Below, piece after piece: positions 39,207 to 51,629 of a DNA stretch of 64,000 nt. This DNA is from Lepidodermella squamata. Lineage: Eukaryota; Animalia; Gastrotricha. Numbering within the stretch: the stretch's first letter is position 1; each line of letters opens with the position of its first letter. Location of the stretch: NCBI GenBank assembly GCA_047495785.1, contig JBLDXI010000001.1:4836001-4900000 (forward strand), in the 5' to 3' direction. Under the pieces are notes generated by a model, which saw nothing but the letters and a program-made list of their open reading frames with translations, made no database searches and was not told where the DNA came from. A program made the position numbers and the translations under genes.

Positions 39207-40835
39207 TATTAGTATGCGAAAATTCGGCAAGCCAAGTATCAAAACGTGGCTCCGAATCACATTTGATTGAAAGGTCGTAGCTTCTAAAAATGAACTTACT
39301 TGGCTATGCATCGCTTCAACGCCGCAGGCAGCATAGTTTTCGGCAAAGTTTTTCGACAAAAAATGTATTTTGACCTGTTGAAAATGAAACGGAAAGTAGA
39401 AGCGGAAGCGCGGCGTGTTATTTACTCACAAGTGAAAATCCTTCCGGACACAAGCTGTAACATTCATGGCCCGTTGTTGCGCTGTAGCATTGAACCGCTT
39501 GCTGTGAAAATGAACAGCACACAAAATGAGATGATTTCTATTCGGAAGAAGCAAACCCATGACATGCAGTTCTGCTTGTTGCTGAAAATGATCAGCGAGC
39601 GATCAGGCCGCTCAGTGGCGTCGTCGTAGCCAGATTTAACCGGGCGACAAGTCGTGAATTCTCGTTTTGGGGTCGATTTGAAGAATCCAATGTGAGCGTG
39701 GTAATCCTCGGGGACCGATACTTTAGAAAAATCATTGAGGTTGAATCTACGACAGTTTCATGAATTTTCAATTTCCTAATTGTCCGTATTGGGATTTTTG
39801 AGCCCACTGTTTAAGGCGGCCATCTATAAACGTCCCGACTATATTCATAATGTCCCAAGAAATCTGTGGGAATAGCATTAACAACGAACCATATTAGTAT
39901 CTGGGCATGGAATATCTTCTGGCACGCACGCGGCTATCTTTTGTGTGTTTATGGCATAACACCGCATGAACGGCGCGAGCTGAAATCAATTGATCAGCAA
40001 ATGCAATTCAACAGCTAGGCTCATACCTTAAATTTTGCTAGCTCTCTATTGCAATGATCCCAATTCGAAGTTAGCAATCGTAATGACGTGAAAACATTGA
40101 TCTAAACGTGAAAGGACTTGTTATATCACATGAAAATAATATTTTCAAGCGCTCTTTATTACCGTTATTTCTTGGGATCGGCATGGCAGGATGTACGGCT
40201 GACAGTAGGCGTACCCAACGGAATACTTGAAACACATCCTCGCTCTCTAACGGGAAAAAGTGAACTTTTTTACTAGAATAGCATTTTTAATTTATTGATA
40301 CCCCTTGAAAACAGCGATCAATCGAAGAGTAGTTGCCTTTGATCTAAAGCCGATAAATTTTAAGCGTAAAAATTAGCATAATTTAAGCCCGAAAAACCTG
40401 GTACTCGCTAAGCGGGTTACATTTTCCTTTGCCAGTCCTACGGCAGCCTACAAAAGAGTTGTCTCGCTGGGACAAGCATCGAAAAGCTGGTGCTTGGCTC
40501 AGAGACGAATCGAAACTACCAAAAATAGAGGCAAGCAACAGAACGGCGTAGCACTTCATGATGTTTAGCCTATTGCTTGAATAAAAGCAAGCAATGTTGT
40601 ATTTAAAAAAAGTAGAGTTAAGCACCGGCCACGGGTGGGCTTATGGCGCATCAGACGTATATAACTTGTACGTGTGTTCACTGCATACAGTGTTGGTTAT
40701 TATGTTGATTCTGATTTCATACTAAAATTAATTGTTGGTAGGGTAGGTGTGAATTTTTAACGCTTGGAGTTTCAAACAAATTTGAATAAAAGGTAGGACA
40801 AACTTACAACTGTGAATGAATTTTGCTCCGATATA

Positions 40836-41961
40836 CAGTGTGTCCGTCAAATAATATGAGTTTATTTATAGTGCAAAAGCAACAGCAAGCGTGGCGCGTG
40901 CCAGATCTGGCGTCTCATTTTTTTCATGTGATGCAAAAAATAATACGTCAATAAAATCGTAAGCTTTATTTACTACTGCTAGTTAAAATTTGTATGCATC
41001 GGCTAGTGTTGATGGTTAAACTTTCTTCGTCTTAATTCTTTCAGGTGATACAGAAGGTGATATTCTGACCATCAGGAATGCTTATATTTTACTCTTAACG
41101 AGCCGCGCCTTTAAAAATTATCTCAATTATCAGGTTCATCTTCGTCATCATCATCTTCTCCTTCAGCCGTTTCAGTTTTTTGTTTTGCAAGGGCCATTTT
41201 GAATTCGGCCATGGCCAGTTTTTCAAATCGCTTCTTTAGAATCCGTTTTCTCCTTTTTCGCGTACATCGACTTGCCCATCTACTTGGGTCTTCAACAGCC
41301 GCGAGACATTTTTGAAAGATTTTCGTTATCTTGCACGTCTAATGTAATAATTGCCGTTGAAGCATAAAATGCAACAAATGCAACAAATGCAACGAAAGCA
41401 ACTAAAGCAGTTTCCACTACGACCTAGAAATTTGTTCGACATGTGTTCCGCTTTTTGAAATACAGAAGTAAAGTCGCTTTCGCCAATTTGTGTAGCAGCC
41501 GGGGCGTTATCGGCTAACCGTTATATACGTGAATTTCACAAAAGTCCGCAAAAATATGTCCAATGGCTAGTACAAGCAGTTTTAACTGAATTGGATGAGA
41601 AACTTCGCTATTAAATTGCAGTTAAACTGGTTAGTTTATTTTCCAGATATTAGGTTGCCATTGTTGTGCGTTTGATCTTATTGCATGAATATTCAGGGAA
41701 ACTCGTTGTCCCCAAAAATTTAGTAATACACAAAGCTTTCAGGTGAAAATCCAGAAGCTAATGCTTTCGTTTCGAAGAATATTCTTTATCTTGATTGAAT
41801 AACACAAATTTTGGCGAAGCAATAATTGATATTATTCCAGCAATGAACAACAATGGCTGTACTACCATTCAGTGCTGCGTTTTTTTTGCCTCGTGCACGA
41901 CTCGTGAACAGGCGCAATTAAAATGCTATATTTAGGCTCATATTATTTGACGGACACACTG
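40836..41961. mobile_element. 1.1-kb non-autonomous Tc1/mariner-superfamily element
   Basis: Perfect 25-bp TIR cagtgtgtccgtcaaataatatgag, TA on both sides; the paralogous site upstream of lectin copy 4 (ttgctccgata, ~46284) is empty. Confidence 0.9.
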
Positions 41962-42184
41962 TACTAACCAATAATTCAGCACGCGAGGACGCGCTCAAAT
42001 CCACGCGACAGAAAAGTAGCAATCACGTCTTTCTTTTTTTAGGCCAGTACAGTTAAACGTTGAGAGACTTGAAAACGATTCATCGCTTTTATTAATCACA
42101 TAAATTTGCAATCAATTACTATGAGCGGGATACATTTGCTCGCCCCAAATTCAGAATTCCAGTACCATTCAGTACGAGATTAGA

Positions 42185-42345
42185 TGTTAACTCAAAGCGC
42201 CGATTGGGCGGCTGGTAATCGGCTGATGGTGAAACTACGCAAAAAGGCTTGTCAATAATTTTTGAATAAAATTGAATCAAGTCTGTACAACTTCAACCGG
42301 CCGAGATTGCTGGAAATTCGGATAGACGGCTGCACCATGCACCAC
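42185..42345 (-). pseudogene. Relic of two middle exons of a copy-2-like lectin gene
   Basis: AAVYPNFQQS and ttcaccatcagccgattaccagccgc match 29700-29870, including the intervening intron. Confidence 0.65.
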
Positions 42346-43069
42346 TGTTATATTCTGCTCTATTGTGTTATTTCCCCAGCTTCCGGAAAAGCGGCGCGTT
42401 ACTGACATTGCCAGGTGAAAGGAGTCACTGATCGCGTGAAAATAATTATAATTCACGTTGTACCGATCAATCCGCCCATCTAAACCCCATCGTAGTCCAT
42501 AGCTCCTCGCGGATAACGCTCCCAGAAGAGCTGGTACACCAGTATCAGGTTCCACCCTGTGCCAACTTTAAAAGTCACCTGCCCATATGCGCTAAACAAA
42601 ATTTCTAGATTAAAGCTGGATGGGAGAATGACGAAAAGCTTCATTGCGATATGTCTTGTACAGAAAATCACGGTGATTTTCTACGTAATTTATCTGCATT
42701 TTTCTAATAAGCCATATCAAGACCGGGCGTTGCGAATAAGAATAATAAATAAAAACATCAAAAAATAAAAACAGTTTTCGCGAACAGGAAATGGGATCTT
42801 CGCTAGAGAAATTTCAAAATCTGTCAAATTCTACAGAAAAATCCCAATTTTGACCGTCAACTGGCAATGATTATTTTGAATCCAAATTGTCAATCTATCC
42901 GAGAATAAATTTATACCCTTATACCTCTTTATTCATATTATTATGAAACATGACAATATGTTTTGATTGTGTCATCACCAATTGTCTTTATTATCGGAAA
43001 ATATAGGCAATCTCTCTGCTTAATATTCAAGAAGCGTCCTCCCAACTACAGCAAATGATTCTCACTCAT

Positions 43070-46000
43070 TCAGGCAAATCGCTCGCACATGTAGCCAGGA
43101 TACGAGCTAAAGCTACACGGCGCGTCATTTAAGCGCATGTTGACAGTCTGGTTAGGCCACACCTGGTAAGAAAAGCACTCGCCATCCCCACTCGGCTCAT
43201 GAGGACCCCATGGAATAATGTTCGGAACAAACGGCGAACCGTCGATCCACTGCATTGTTCTGCGCGGCCATATGAACGGCCGTACATAAGTCATACCGAA
43301 CCAGGTTGTTCGATTTTTCGCAAGCAGCAGGTAGTCGGCGCTCTCTTGAACTGATTTGACTGTCGCCAGCAGGGCGGACTGGTTGACGCAGCCAGCGTTG
43401 GCGTTTTCCCAAGTAACGCCCTTCTGGACGAAGAAATACTGCTTCTTGGCATTCAGGCAGAGACTTTCATTGGCGAACGTGACGCCGATTGGGTGCTGAA
43501 TTTCGTTGGCGTTACAGCCGGTGGTGTTTCCCCTGCAAGTCACGGCCCCGCCATTCACCACGTCGACGCACCGAACGTAGCCGGGCTAGATTCAAACGAG
43601 AAAGCGAATATGTAAGGGAGTTCAGTCTTTCGGGAATGAGCATTAGGTATATGTATTTAACCGAAATAGTGGCCGAACCGTGCGGTCAACTAAGTATGGA
43701 ACATCATATGGGTGTGCCAAACATGGATTATCGAGTTTCTAGTCTTTACTAGAACCTCACATCTTTTGCGAATATACCGATAGATCTCCATATTATGCGT
43801 ATTTCGCGCTATCAGCGGTCAGTTTATGAGTTATACTTGAGCCTGCAGAGCCGATATCGATTCCAAGTATCGATTTTATAAATCAGTGATTTTTCCGATA
43901 TCAGCCATCGTGGAACCCAACATCGATAATTTTCCTACGTAGATTAGGGCACCAGGTAGCTAAAATAAAAAGTCCTAGGTTCAGGGAGGCCATAGTGTCG
44001 ATCAAAAACCGAAAACGCCGAAATCTCAAAGAATCTGAAAAATGTAGTGCCAGGACGCTTAAATTTAGTGATGGAACCTCATTTTTAGTGGCGCAAATAT
44101 TTAGACTCTCATCATTTATCAATGGATTGCTGTAATCTAGGGCTATCGAATGGTGTCCGATCGAAGTCCACTCAAAAGGAAAATGGTTTTTGCCTTCGAA
44201 CTTCGACGCTAAAATATAGGGCGATGTTTGCGTTTTTTGCCCAAGCCTATGCCGTATCAGCTTAGATTCTCTAAAGCGCAAAACATATTTTCTGCATAAT
44301 GTCAAACTTTTAGAGGTAAAAAAGATCGAGAAAATAGTGCGTTATTTAGCGAGTAAAAACAAAAGGTAAATTTTTCAAATTTATATAAAAAATTTCATAA
44401 GTTGAGCTAAACTAAACGTTTTATGGACAATATCTAAAAATTAGTGCAGATTTCGAAAAATCGGCCAAATAATTATAGATAATTGAGCTTTAATTAAAGT
44501 TAACGCGCCATTTTAGATTGATTGATGCTCAATTTTTGCAGTACACAGATGTATTACTCTCATCGAGTCATTTCTTCCGGCACGCGACCAAGAAAGCGAA
44601 AAATCGTGATGATGATTCATCTCGGCAGTAACCAACAGTAAGATCTACTGTATTTATTATCTATGATGATGACAATTAACAGGTTGCAGCTTCTTAAAAC
44701 ATGAGTAGAGTTGCAACTTACTTGGCTGTGCATCACCTCAACACCGCAGGCGACATAGTTGTCGGCAAAGTTTTTCGACGGATAATGAATTTTGACCTGT
44801 TGAATAAGTATGGAATAAGCGAACGTTGAAGCGGAAGCGCGGCGTTATCGACTCACGAGTGAAGTTCCTTGCGGACACAAACTGTAGCATTCGGGCTGCC
44901 TAGTTGCTGCGTTGTAGCATTGAACCGCTTGCTGTTGAATAGGGGAACATCAGTCAAACTGAGATATACTTAATGTCTATTCGTCGGAAAAAACAAACCC
45001 ATGACATGCAGTTCTGCTTGTTGCTGAAAATGATCAGCGAGCGATCAGGCCGCTCAGTCGCGTCGTCGCAGCCAGAGTTGACCGGGCGGCAGGTCGTGAA
45101 TTCTCGTTTAGGCGTCGACTTGAAGCACCGAATGTGAGCCTGGTAATCCTCAGGAATCGATACTGTTATATAGGAAACGTAATTGCCGATGAATGTTCAA
45201 CGCAATTAAATGAATTGTCAACAACTTGAACCCGCCGAGCACAGCTTGAAATTGGAGTGGAGCGCCACGTCCGCAACCTTTTGTTGAACACAAGAAATCA
45301 AAGTAATGTGGGCTAAGACCTTTGCCCAATATTGGCGATTTCCTAATCACTGGATCACTCGAACCTACTAATTAGAGACCGCACCCATCTAAACGCCAAT
45401 TCCGTCACAATGTCCCAAGAAATGAGTGAAAAAAGCATTAAAAACCGTGTTATTCGGGCAAGGAATCTTTTGTGGCACACAGGCGGCTATCGTTTGAGTG
45501 TTGTTGGCGAAGCACCGCTTGAAGGGCGCTAACTGAAATGAGCGCATAAGTCAATGTGATGATGAACATTCAACGCAGACAGGCCTCACCTTAAATGTCT
45601 TCACTTGTTTATTGCAATAATCCAAATTGTCGGCCAGCATTTGAAACGGCGTGAAAACATTGATCTGAACATAAGATATGACTCGAAACTCGGGGAAACC
45701 TATTTGATTCAATCGCGCTCTACCGTTATTTCTTGGGATCGGCATTGCAGGATGTACGGCTGGCAGTAAGCGTAGCCAACGGAATACTTGAAACACATCC
45801 TCGCTCTCTATAACAACAGCAAATGAATAAGATTTAATAATTGGGAATTGTCCCAATTTTGATGCCTACCCCTTTATAACAGCGTTCAATCGATGAATGG
45901 TTACCATGAATCTATAATGGCAATACATTATAAGCAGCGTAGAAATGATTAGCCGAATTCGAGTCTGAATATAACCAACCTGGTACTCGGTGAGCGGGTC

Positions 46001-46144
46001 ACACTTTCCTTTGCCAAACCGATGACAGCCTACGAACGAGTTGTCGTGCTGGGACAAGCAACGAAAAGCTGGCGAAGCTTTGCCTAGAGCTAAATCGAAA
46101 CCACCAAAAACGGCGGCGAGCAACAGAACGGCACAGCACTTCAT
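43070..46144 (-). CDS. Secreted modular protein copy 4: signal peptide + six 4-Cys modules + C-type lectin domain, ~10 exons
   Basis: MKCCAVLLLAAVFGG signal; exons splice in frame through to the CTLD (WIDGS, EPSGDGEC, LNDAPC, YMCE). Some donors are weak (gttgac, gttttt). Confidence 0.8.
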
Positions 46145-46409
46145 GATGTTCAGTCTGAATTTAAAATGTGTATAAATTTAAAATTACAAATTGAGAATTA
46201 TGGATGAAATAAAATCGGCTGAATTTAATTGTAAAAAAAATAAAATAAAAAGCACGTATGTATAATAAAACGGCAGATAAAAATTGCTCCGATATCTGCC
46301 ATTTATTTAACGCGCGAAAACGCCTGGAAAGCAACGCAACATTCTGAAAATTGGCGCTTTTATTTTATTTTTTCAAAAACCAGACAAATAAATGTATTCG
46401 AAAACAACA

Positions 46410-46810
46410 GCTGAAAGTGACCTAGTTGTTCGGCTCTAATTTTAGCCACTTTTGTTCGGCATCACTCGTGTGCCGCAATGGGTACATTCGGACAACTGAC
46501 CTTATTATTTTTTTGACACGAGACACTTAAATTTATTTGAAAACACTTGAAAATTTTCGAAAAAAACAGCACAACTTCCCGGTACAAAGCAGAGTGACGC
46601 ACTAATTTTAGCCACTTTTATTCGCTCGTGCCGTTCCGAGGACGTTTGGACAAATGACATTTTTTAAAACTAGACAACGTTCGGACAGCTGAATATTTTA
46701 ATCCGACAGGAATATGTAATAGGAAAAAAATAGTATTCGACCGAATGTCATCCGGGCGTTTAAAAAAGTGTCAGTTGTCCGAATGTCCCCGGAACGGAAA
46801 TGAGGGCGGT
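46410..46810. mobile_element. Probable MITE with inverted subterminal repeats
   Basis: Repeated acattcggacaactgac-type motifs at left versus gtcagttgtccgaatgt at right; duplicated ctaattttagccacttt. Confidence 0.5.
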
Positions 46811-47242
46811 CGCTTTAAATTTAACGCATTGTTCGTTTGGTTTTCTTTGAGAATTTAACCTGTTTTTAATAAATTGAGTTCAACCGTGTTCGGAGAGAAT
46901 GAAATATTCAGACTTGCAGCTGTTCGTCTGCAAAATTCGAGATTGTTCCGTTCAACAGATTCTGACAAGTTCGCCTTTGCTGCAGTTTTGTCATAAATAT
47001 CGACAATCCTAAATCTTTTCCAAGGTCTCGCCCGATCTTTCTAAGATCCATCGAATATGTGGGAAAATCTTATAAAGATCTTAAAACTTAAATCTTTTTA
47101 GCAAAGCTTACATGGCATCAATCACTAGTGTTCGTTGGCTGCTTTGTTGCGCTCAGAACCGCAAATGTTTTATGAAAATTTGAGGAATAAAAAAAAACAC
47201 CTATTGGCTTCAAGCCGTCAATTCAGGTCTCAGTTTTTATTT

Positions 47243-49674
47243 TCAAGAAGTCTCAGATTTCACGTAATTCGTGTAAATATGCTGGCCAGCCACGAGGGCT
47301 AAAACGAGCAGCATAACCGAGCCGAGCGTGACTTTGGTCGCGAGGTCATTGCGCTCGCCGGGCTGCGAGCGCGGCGCCGATCGCGGTTTCACGTTCGACA
47401 GCTCGGCCATCGACGGCAGGATGCAGAACGCGTCGTCGTTGCACTCGCTCGAGCAGCACGAGCAGTAGGCCTGTACGTTCGACCGCCCGTCCACCGTCGA
47501 CGTGACGCTCACGTACGGCACGCACTTGCTGTCCGGTTCCAGGTGCGTCACGCATCGCCAGCTTTGCCGCACCTAGTTGAAAAATCACATCAATAAAACT
47601 CTGAATAAAATTTTACACAAATTTCGAATTTAAAATAATCATTATTAGTTAGAATATTCGCATGCGAGCTCTTGAAAAATTAGGGCAAATTCCCAATTAA
47701 AAAATCAATGAAAAATGCATCGTGTGATTTTATCCGCGTTTCAGAAAAAAATTGATGAATTTTGATCGGAGAAAGAAATAAGAACGCTCTGGGTAAAACG
47801 ATAAATAAACAATAATTAAGCTATTATGTGCGAAAAATGATGAATTTGCTGAAAATAAGGTCAATTTTAGGTCAGGTCAATTCGACGCTGAGAGACCTAC
47901 TGAATAGTGATTTAACGTAAGAAATATTTTTTTTTTATAATTTCGGGTGGGAGCACTAGATTTCGACAACTTTTCGTTGTTCGGCAATCACCGGCAATCA
48001 AGGTTTTAAATATCTCCTTTTTCAGCATAAATGTTTTCTTATCAAGCCAATCGGAAAGTTCTCGCTAGTTTCACAAGTACTGGTACCACTGGTCGGTTTA
48101 CATTTTGCGCTCGAATTCCGCCGATCGCCAATATTGATTTCATAGGGAGTTTTCCGATATCATCGGTCGATGAAGTTAAATTGAATGGTTTCCCCCACAT
48201 TCATGAACCTAAAAGGTAGAATTCTAAGGTCGTTATCAATCAATAATGAAAAATTCTTTAAAAAAATCGGGAAAATTAAGTCCGAGAACACTCAAAGTTA
48301 GGGCTGGAACTTCATTCTAGCCCATTCCTAATAGTAGCCCAGGGTTGAGGGGTCAAGTCGGTTCAAAAATAAAAAATGTTCAATCCCCTATTTGATTTCG
48401 AATTTAAAAAAATTTTGGGTTGAAATTTTAGTAGCCAGATACGGTAACCAGAAATGAAAGCAGACAAAGATTATCGAAACAGTTTAATCTCTTGAATGAG
48501 TAATTTTTCAACGCATTGGTGCGAATATTCCTTACCTGTTCCAAAGTCTGGACGACAGTTTTGCGGCACTCGCGGCAGCCGTCGAGCAGGAGTGATTTGC
48601 CCTCGAAAACGTTCGAATCGTTCCAACACGTGAACGCCTCGTCGTTGACCTGCATTAAATTGTGCTCGTGGATGGTGTCACTGGCGCGCGAGTTGTGGTA
48701 ACCCTCATCTGATGGCGCCTCGACGAGCCGTTTTATCGACGAAATCAACGGATCGGCGGCGTGGCAAAAGCCTATCATGCCGTTGCAGTAATCGCTGCAA
48801 CACGTACAACTAAAAAATGAGGGGGAAATTAATTTCAGCACTAATTACTATAAAATATCAAAAATAAGCAAAAAATTAATAATAAAAAATAAAAATTTAG
48901 ATTTGAATTTTCGGATTGCGAAAAAGTGAAAACCTTACGTTCTGGTTTCAGCGGCGCCATCGGCTCGCCACGATACGGCAACGAGTTCGTTATCGGGGCA
49001 ATTAGACGCGTTAATTTCCATCTCGCACTGCCACCGCTGTGCCATCTCAACCGTGTCCGAAAGATTGAATATCGTATAACTCCTCTGCATGTAAAATATA
49101 CAAGAAAAATAAATGAAAAGTCGGGAAATTTCAAGAAAATAATAGCTAGCTAATCAATGCTAAAATATTCATTCAGCAATCACAATTTCAGACAAACGTC
49201 GTCTTAGCCCAAATAACTGGTAAAAATCCAGTCAACGAAATAAAAACCCACAATAAGAGGGGAAATTGCGGCCCGTGACAATTAGGCTCGCAACAATTCA
49301 GCAGAGGCGATGATTCAGCCCTTCAGCAATTACCTCAGGTTTATTTCTCTTAGCCTATAATTAATTTGGGCTGAAATATCGCGGGCTATATTGCCTTCTG
49401 GCTGAATTCACGGGAGTAAAATTTCGGGGCTGGAAATTATGGGGCCGAAAATTCACAGGGCCATACAAAAATGACAAAATGTCCCAAAAAATTCTGTGGT
49501 AGTAGCATTCCTAAAAATGCTGAAACTTACCCGGCATTCGAAGCACTCCATCATGAGGGTGACATTTTCATTGACAGGATCGTAAGCGAAACAAGCCATG
49601 GCGCTGATTCGCGGTAAAACGGCCGCAAATTCGACGACGATCGCCACCAAAATTGTAGCTGATGATGCCGGCAT
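47243..49674 (-). CDS. Two-domain Ly6/uPAR (three-finger) membrane protein, 4 exons (49674-49531, 49084-48939, 48809-48536, 47572-47243)
   Basis: Signal peptide; two repeats with the pattern C..CxEC..WxC..C..CxCCxxxCN (CTCCSDYCN, CSCCSSECN); C-terminal hydrophobic segment; in-phase GT-AG junctions. Confidence 0.75.
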
Positions 49675-50515
49675 TTGCTTTTTGATACAACAACCCTCGC
49701 AATTTTCCGCCTGGTTTCGCAGCAGGGTAAAACAGCTAGGTAGTCGGCTGCTACTAATCGGGTTTGGTACCGGTGGTGGATGGGCCGCGTCGCTTGGCTC
49801 GGTGGCTCGTTGACGGCGCGCGCGAGAGGCGTTCTGTTTACAGCGCGCCTTTGTTATTATTGTTCTCGCGCGCGCGCGCCCAGGTAATAAAAGCGCCGCA
49901 CCACCTGCGCATGTGCGCGAGCAGAAATAAACAACGTCGTATACTGCACATGGCCTCCCTCGATGGTGCTTAGGCAATTAGCCGGCAGCAGCTACCGGTT
50001 GTTAAGTATTATACCGGTCCCCGGATGATGATTCTGGAAGCAGGCTGAGTGGGCAGGTTTCGATGGGCTTGTCTAATCCCACGCATATCACTTTCAGACA
50101 CCGTGTTCTAATATCAAAAGTATTAAGTGAAAAACCAAGGGAAAAAGTTAAATTCATAACATGATGATAAATGGGTGGCCGATAATATAGTGCCGAATCA
50201 GACCTGGTAAAATACCGATAATTACCAAACCAGTCTTCTCCGGTAAATCCCACTTCGTCCGGATCGCTTTTACCTGGATCGCTCATCGGGTTTCGACCGG
50301 GATTCGGCTTATTGATCGCGTTTTTTTGTTGAACCAATTATAGCCTCAAAAAAACCACTTTTCCGGCCGTAATTTCCAACAATATGGGGGTTGAAAGCAA
50401 TCCATACGGTGAAACAAATGTTTACTTTGCAACCAGCAACATCCTAGACGCATTTCCTTTCTACCCCCAAAACGCGGCTGGAATTCAGTCATCCCGATTT
50501 TCAACAATTATTACG

Positions 50516-51625
50516 ATGTCGCACGGCTGGATTTTTGCACTAGTAGCTGCCATTTTCTGCTGTTACTGCAGTGCAGACAAGCTGTCGGAGCTGGATTCAA
50601 CGGATCTTTTGATGACATGCCCACAGCTATGGCACGAGACCTACACGCCGAACTGCTCCGGAGGAAGCGACCCCGCCTGCACGCCAACAAACCTGCAAAT
50701 CCAACTGCTGCTCGACCATTTCAACGGCATCGATGACGTGCATGAAGTTTCGCACTTCTCCGGCTCTATTCGACTCAAATGGGAGGTCTACTGCGGAAAC
50801 TTGACCAGCAGCATGACCGGGTTCCGCTACGTCGGCGAAAACTTCTGGAGGCCGAGAATCATTCACTACAACGCCGTTTCGAATGTTGGCATGGCTGGGG
50901 ATGGCTTCACCACGCGGGTTTTCATGCGAGCCGGCTTCTCGCCCGGCGTCAAACACCGCGGTTTTGTCATGCAAAGCATGGGCGTTTTCTCGTCAAACTG
51001 CGCTATGGCCTTTGAAGATTTCCCGTTCGACATTCAAACTTGCACGGTTCAATTCGTCGCTCAAGATCTAGCAGCCGCCGTTCATTTTTCAAGCATCGAA
51101 ATGTCCATCTCTCGCGACTTTCTAGGCCCTGGTGACAACTGGATGCTGCTACGCCACAATGCCAGCATCGACGCCGTCGATATAAGTGGTAACAGAAGCA
51201 GGGTTGTCTTCAAGCTAACTTTCGCCCGAAACCCGGCGTTTTACATCGAAAATTTGATGGCTCCCTGTGCGTTTTTGACAGCCCTCCAACTGCCAGCCTT
51301 CCTGCACCCGCATGGCCATCACGAACGGCCGAACATAGCGATTGCCATCCTGTTGGCGCTGACATTCTTCCAGAGCCAGTTACTCGACCAAATTCCGATC
51401 AAACCACAACGAATTCTTATCAAATCGTACACAAGACGCTGCAGCCTGCTGTCGTGGGCCTGCACGATTTATTTTCTGGTTAGCTGTTTCACGGCGGAAA
51501 AGTTTAGAGTTTGGACTGGTAGCCGGGTTCATAAGCAAGTGGCGATATCGAAGGGTAGAGCTCTCGACGTGATTTTTGCGTCGCTGGCAAGCATTTTGAT
51601 GATTGGGGTGCAACACATCTCGTGA
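50516..51625 (+). CDS. Intronless divergent Cys-loop ligand-gated ion channel subunit, third family member
   Basis: Signal MSHGWIFALVAAIFCCYCSA, FWRPRI, Cys-loop CAMAFEDFPFDIQTC, ARNPAFY, four TM segments; M4 shorter than in the paralogs. Confidence 0.85.
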   Translation: MSHGWIFALVAAIFCCYCSADKLSELDSTDLLMTCPQLWHETYTPNCSGGSDPACTPTNLQIQLLLDHFNGIDDVHEVSHFSGSIRLKWEVYCGNLTSSMTGFRYVGENFWRPRIIHYNAVSNVGMAGDGFTTRVFMRAGFSPGVKHRGFVMQSMGVFSSNCAMAFEDFPFDIQTCTVQFVAQDLAAAVHFSSIEMSISRDFLGPGDNWMLLRHNASIDAVDISGNRSRVVFKLTFARNPAFYIENLMAPCAFLTALQLPAFLHPHGHHERPNIAIAILLALTFFQSQLLDQIPIKPQRILIKSYTRRCSLLSWACTIYFLVSCFTAEKFRVWTGSRVHKQVAISKGRALDVIFASLASILMIGVQHIS

Positions 51626-51629
51626 GAGT

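Larger units (their letters stand above)
36106..40559 (-). pseudogene. Modular C-type lectin copy 3, pseudogene
   Basis: Relative to copy 4: 15-nt deletion plus frameshift near 36450-36475, TAC>TAA nonsense at 36127-36129, two module-4 Cys lost (HIGFF, SGYDD), one exon not found. Confidence 0.8.
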
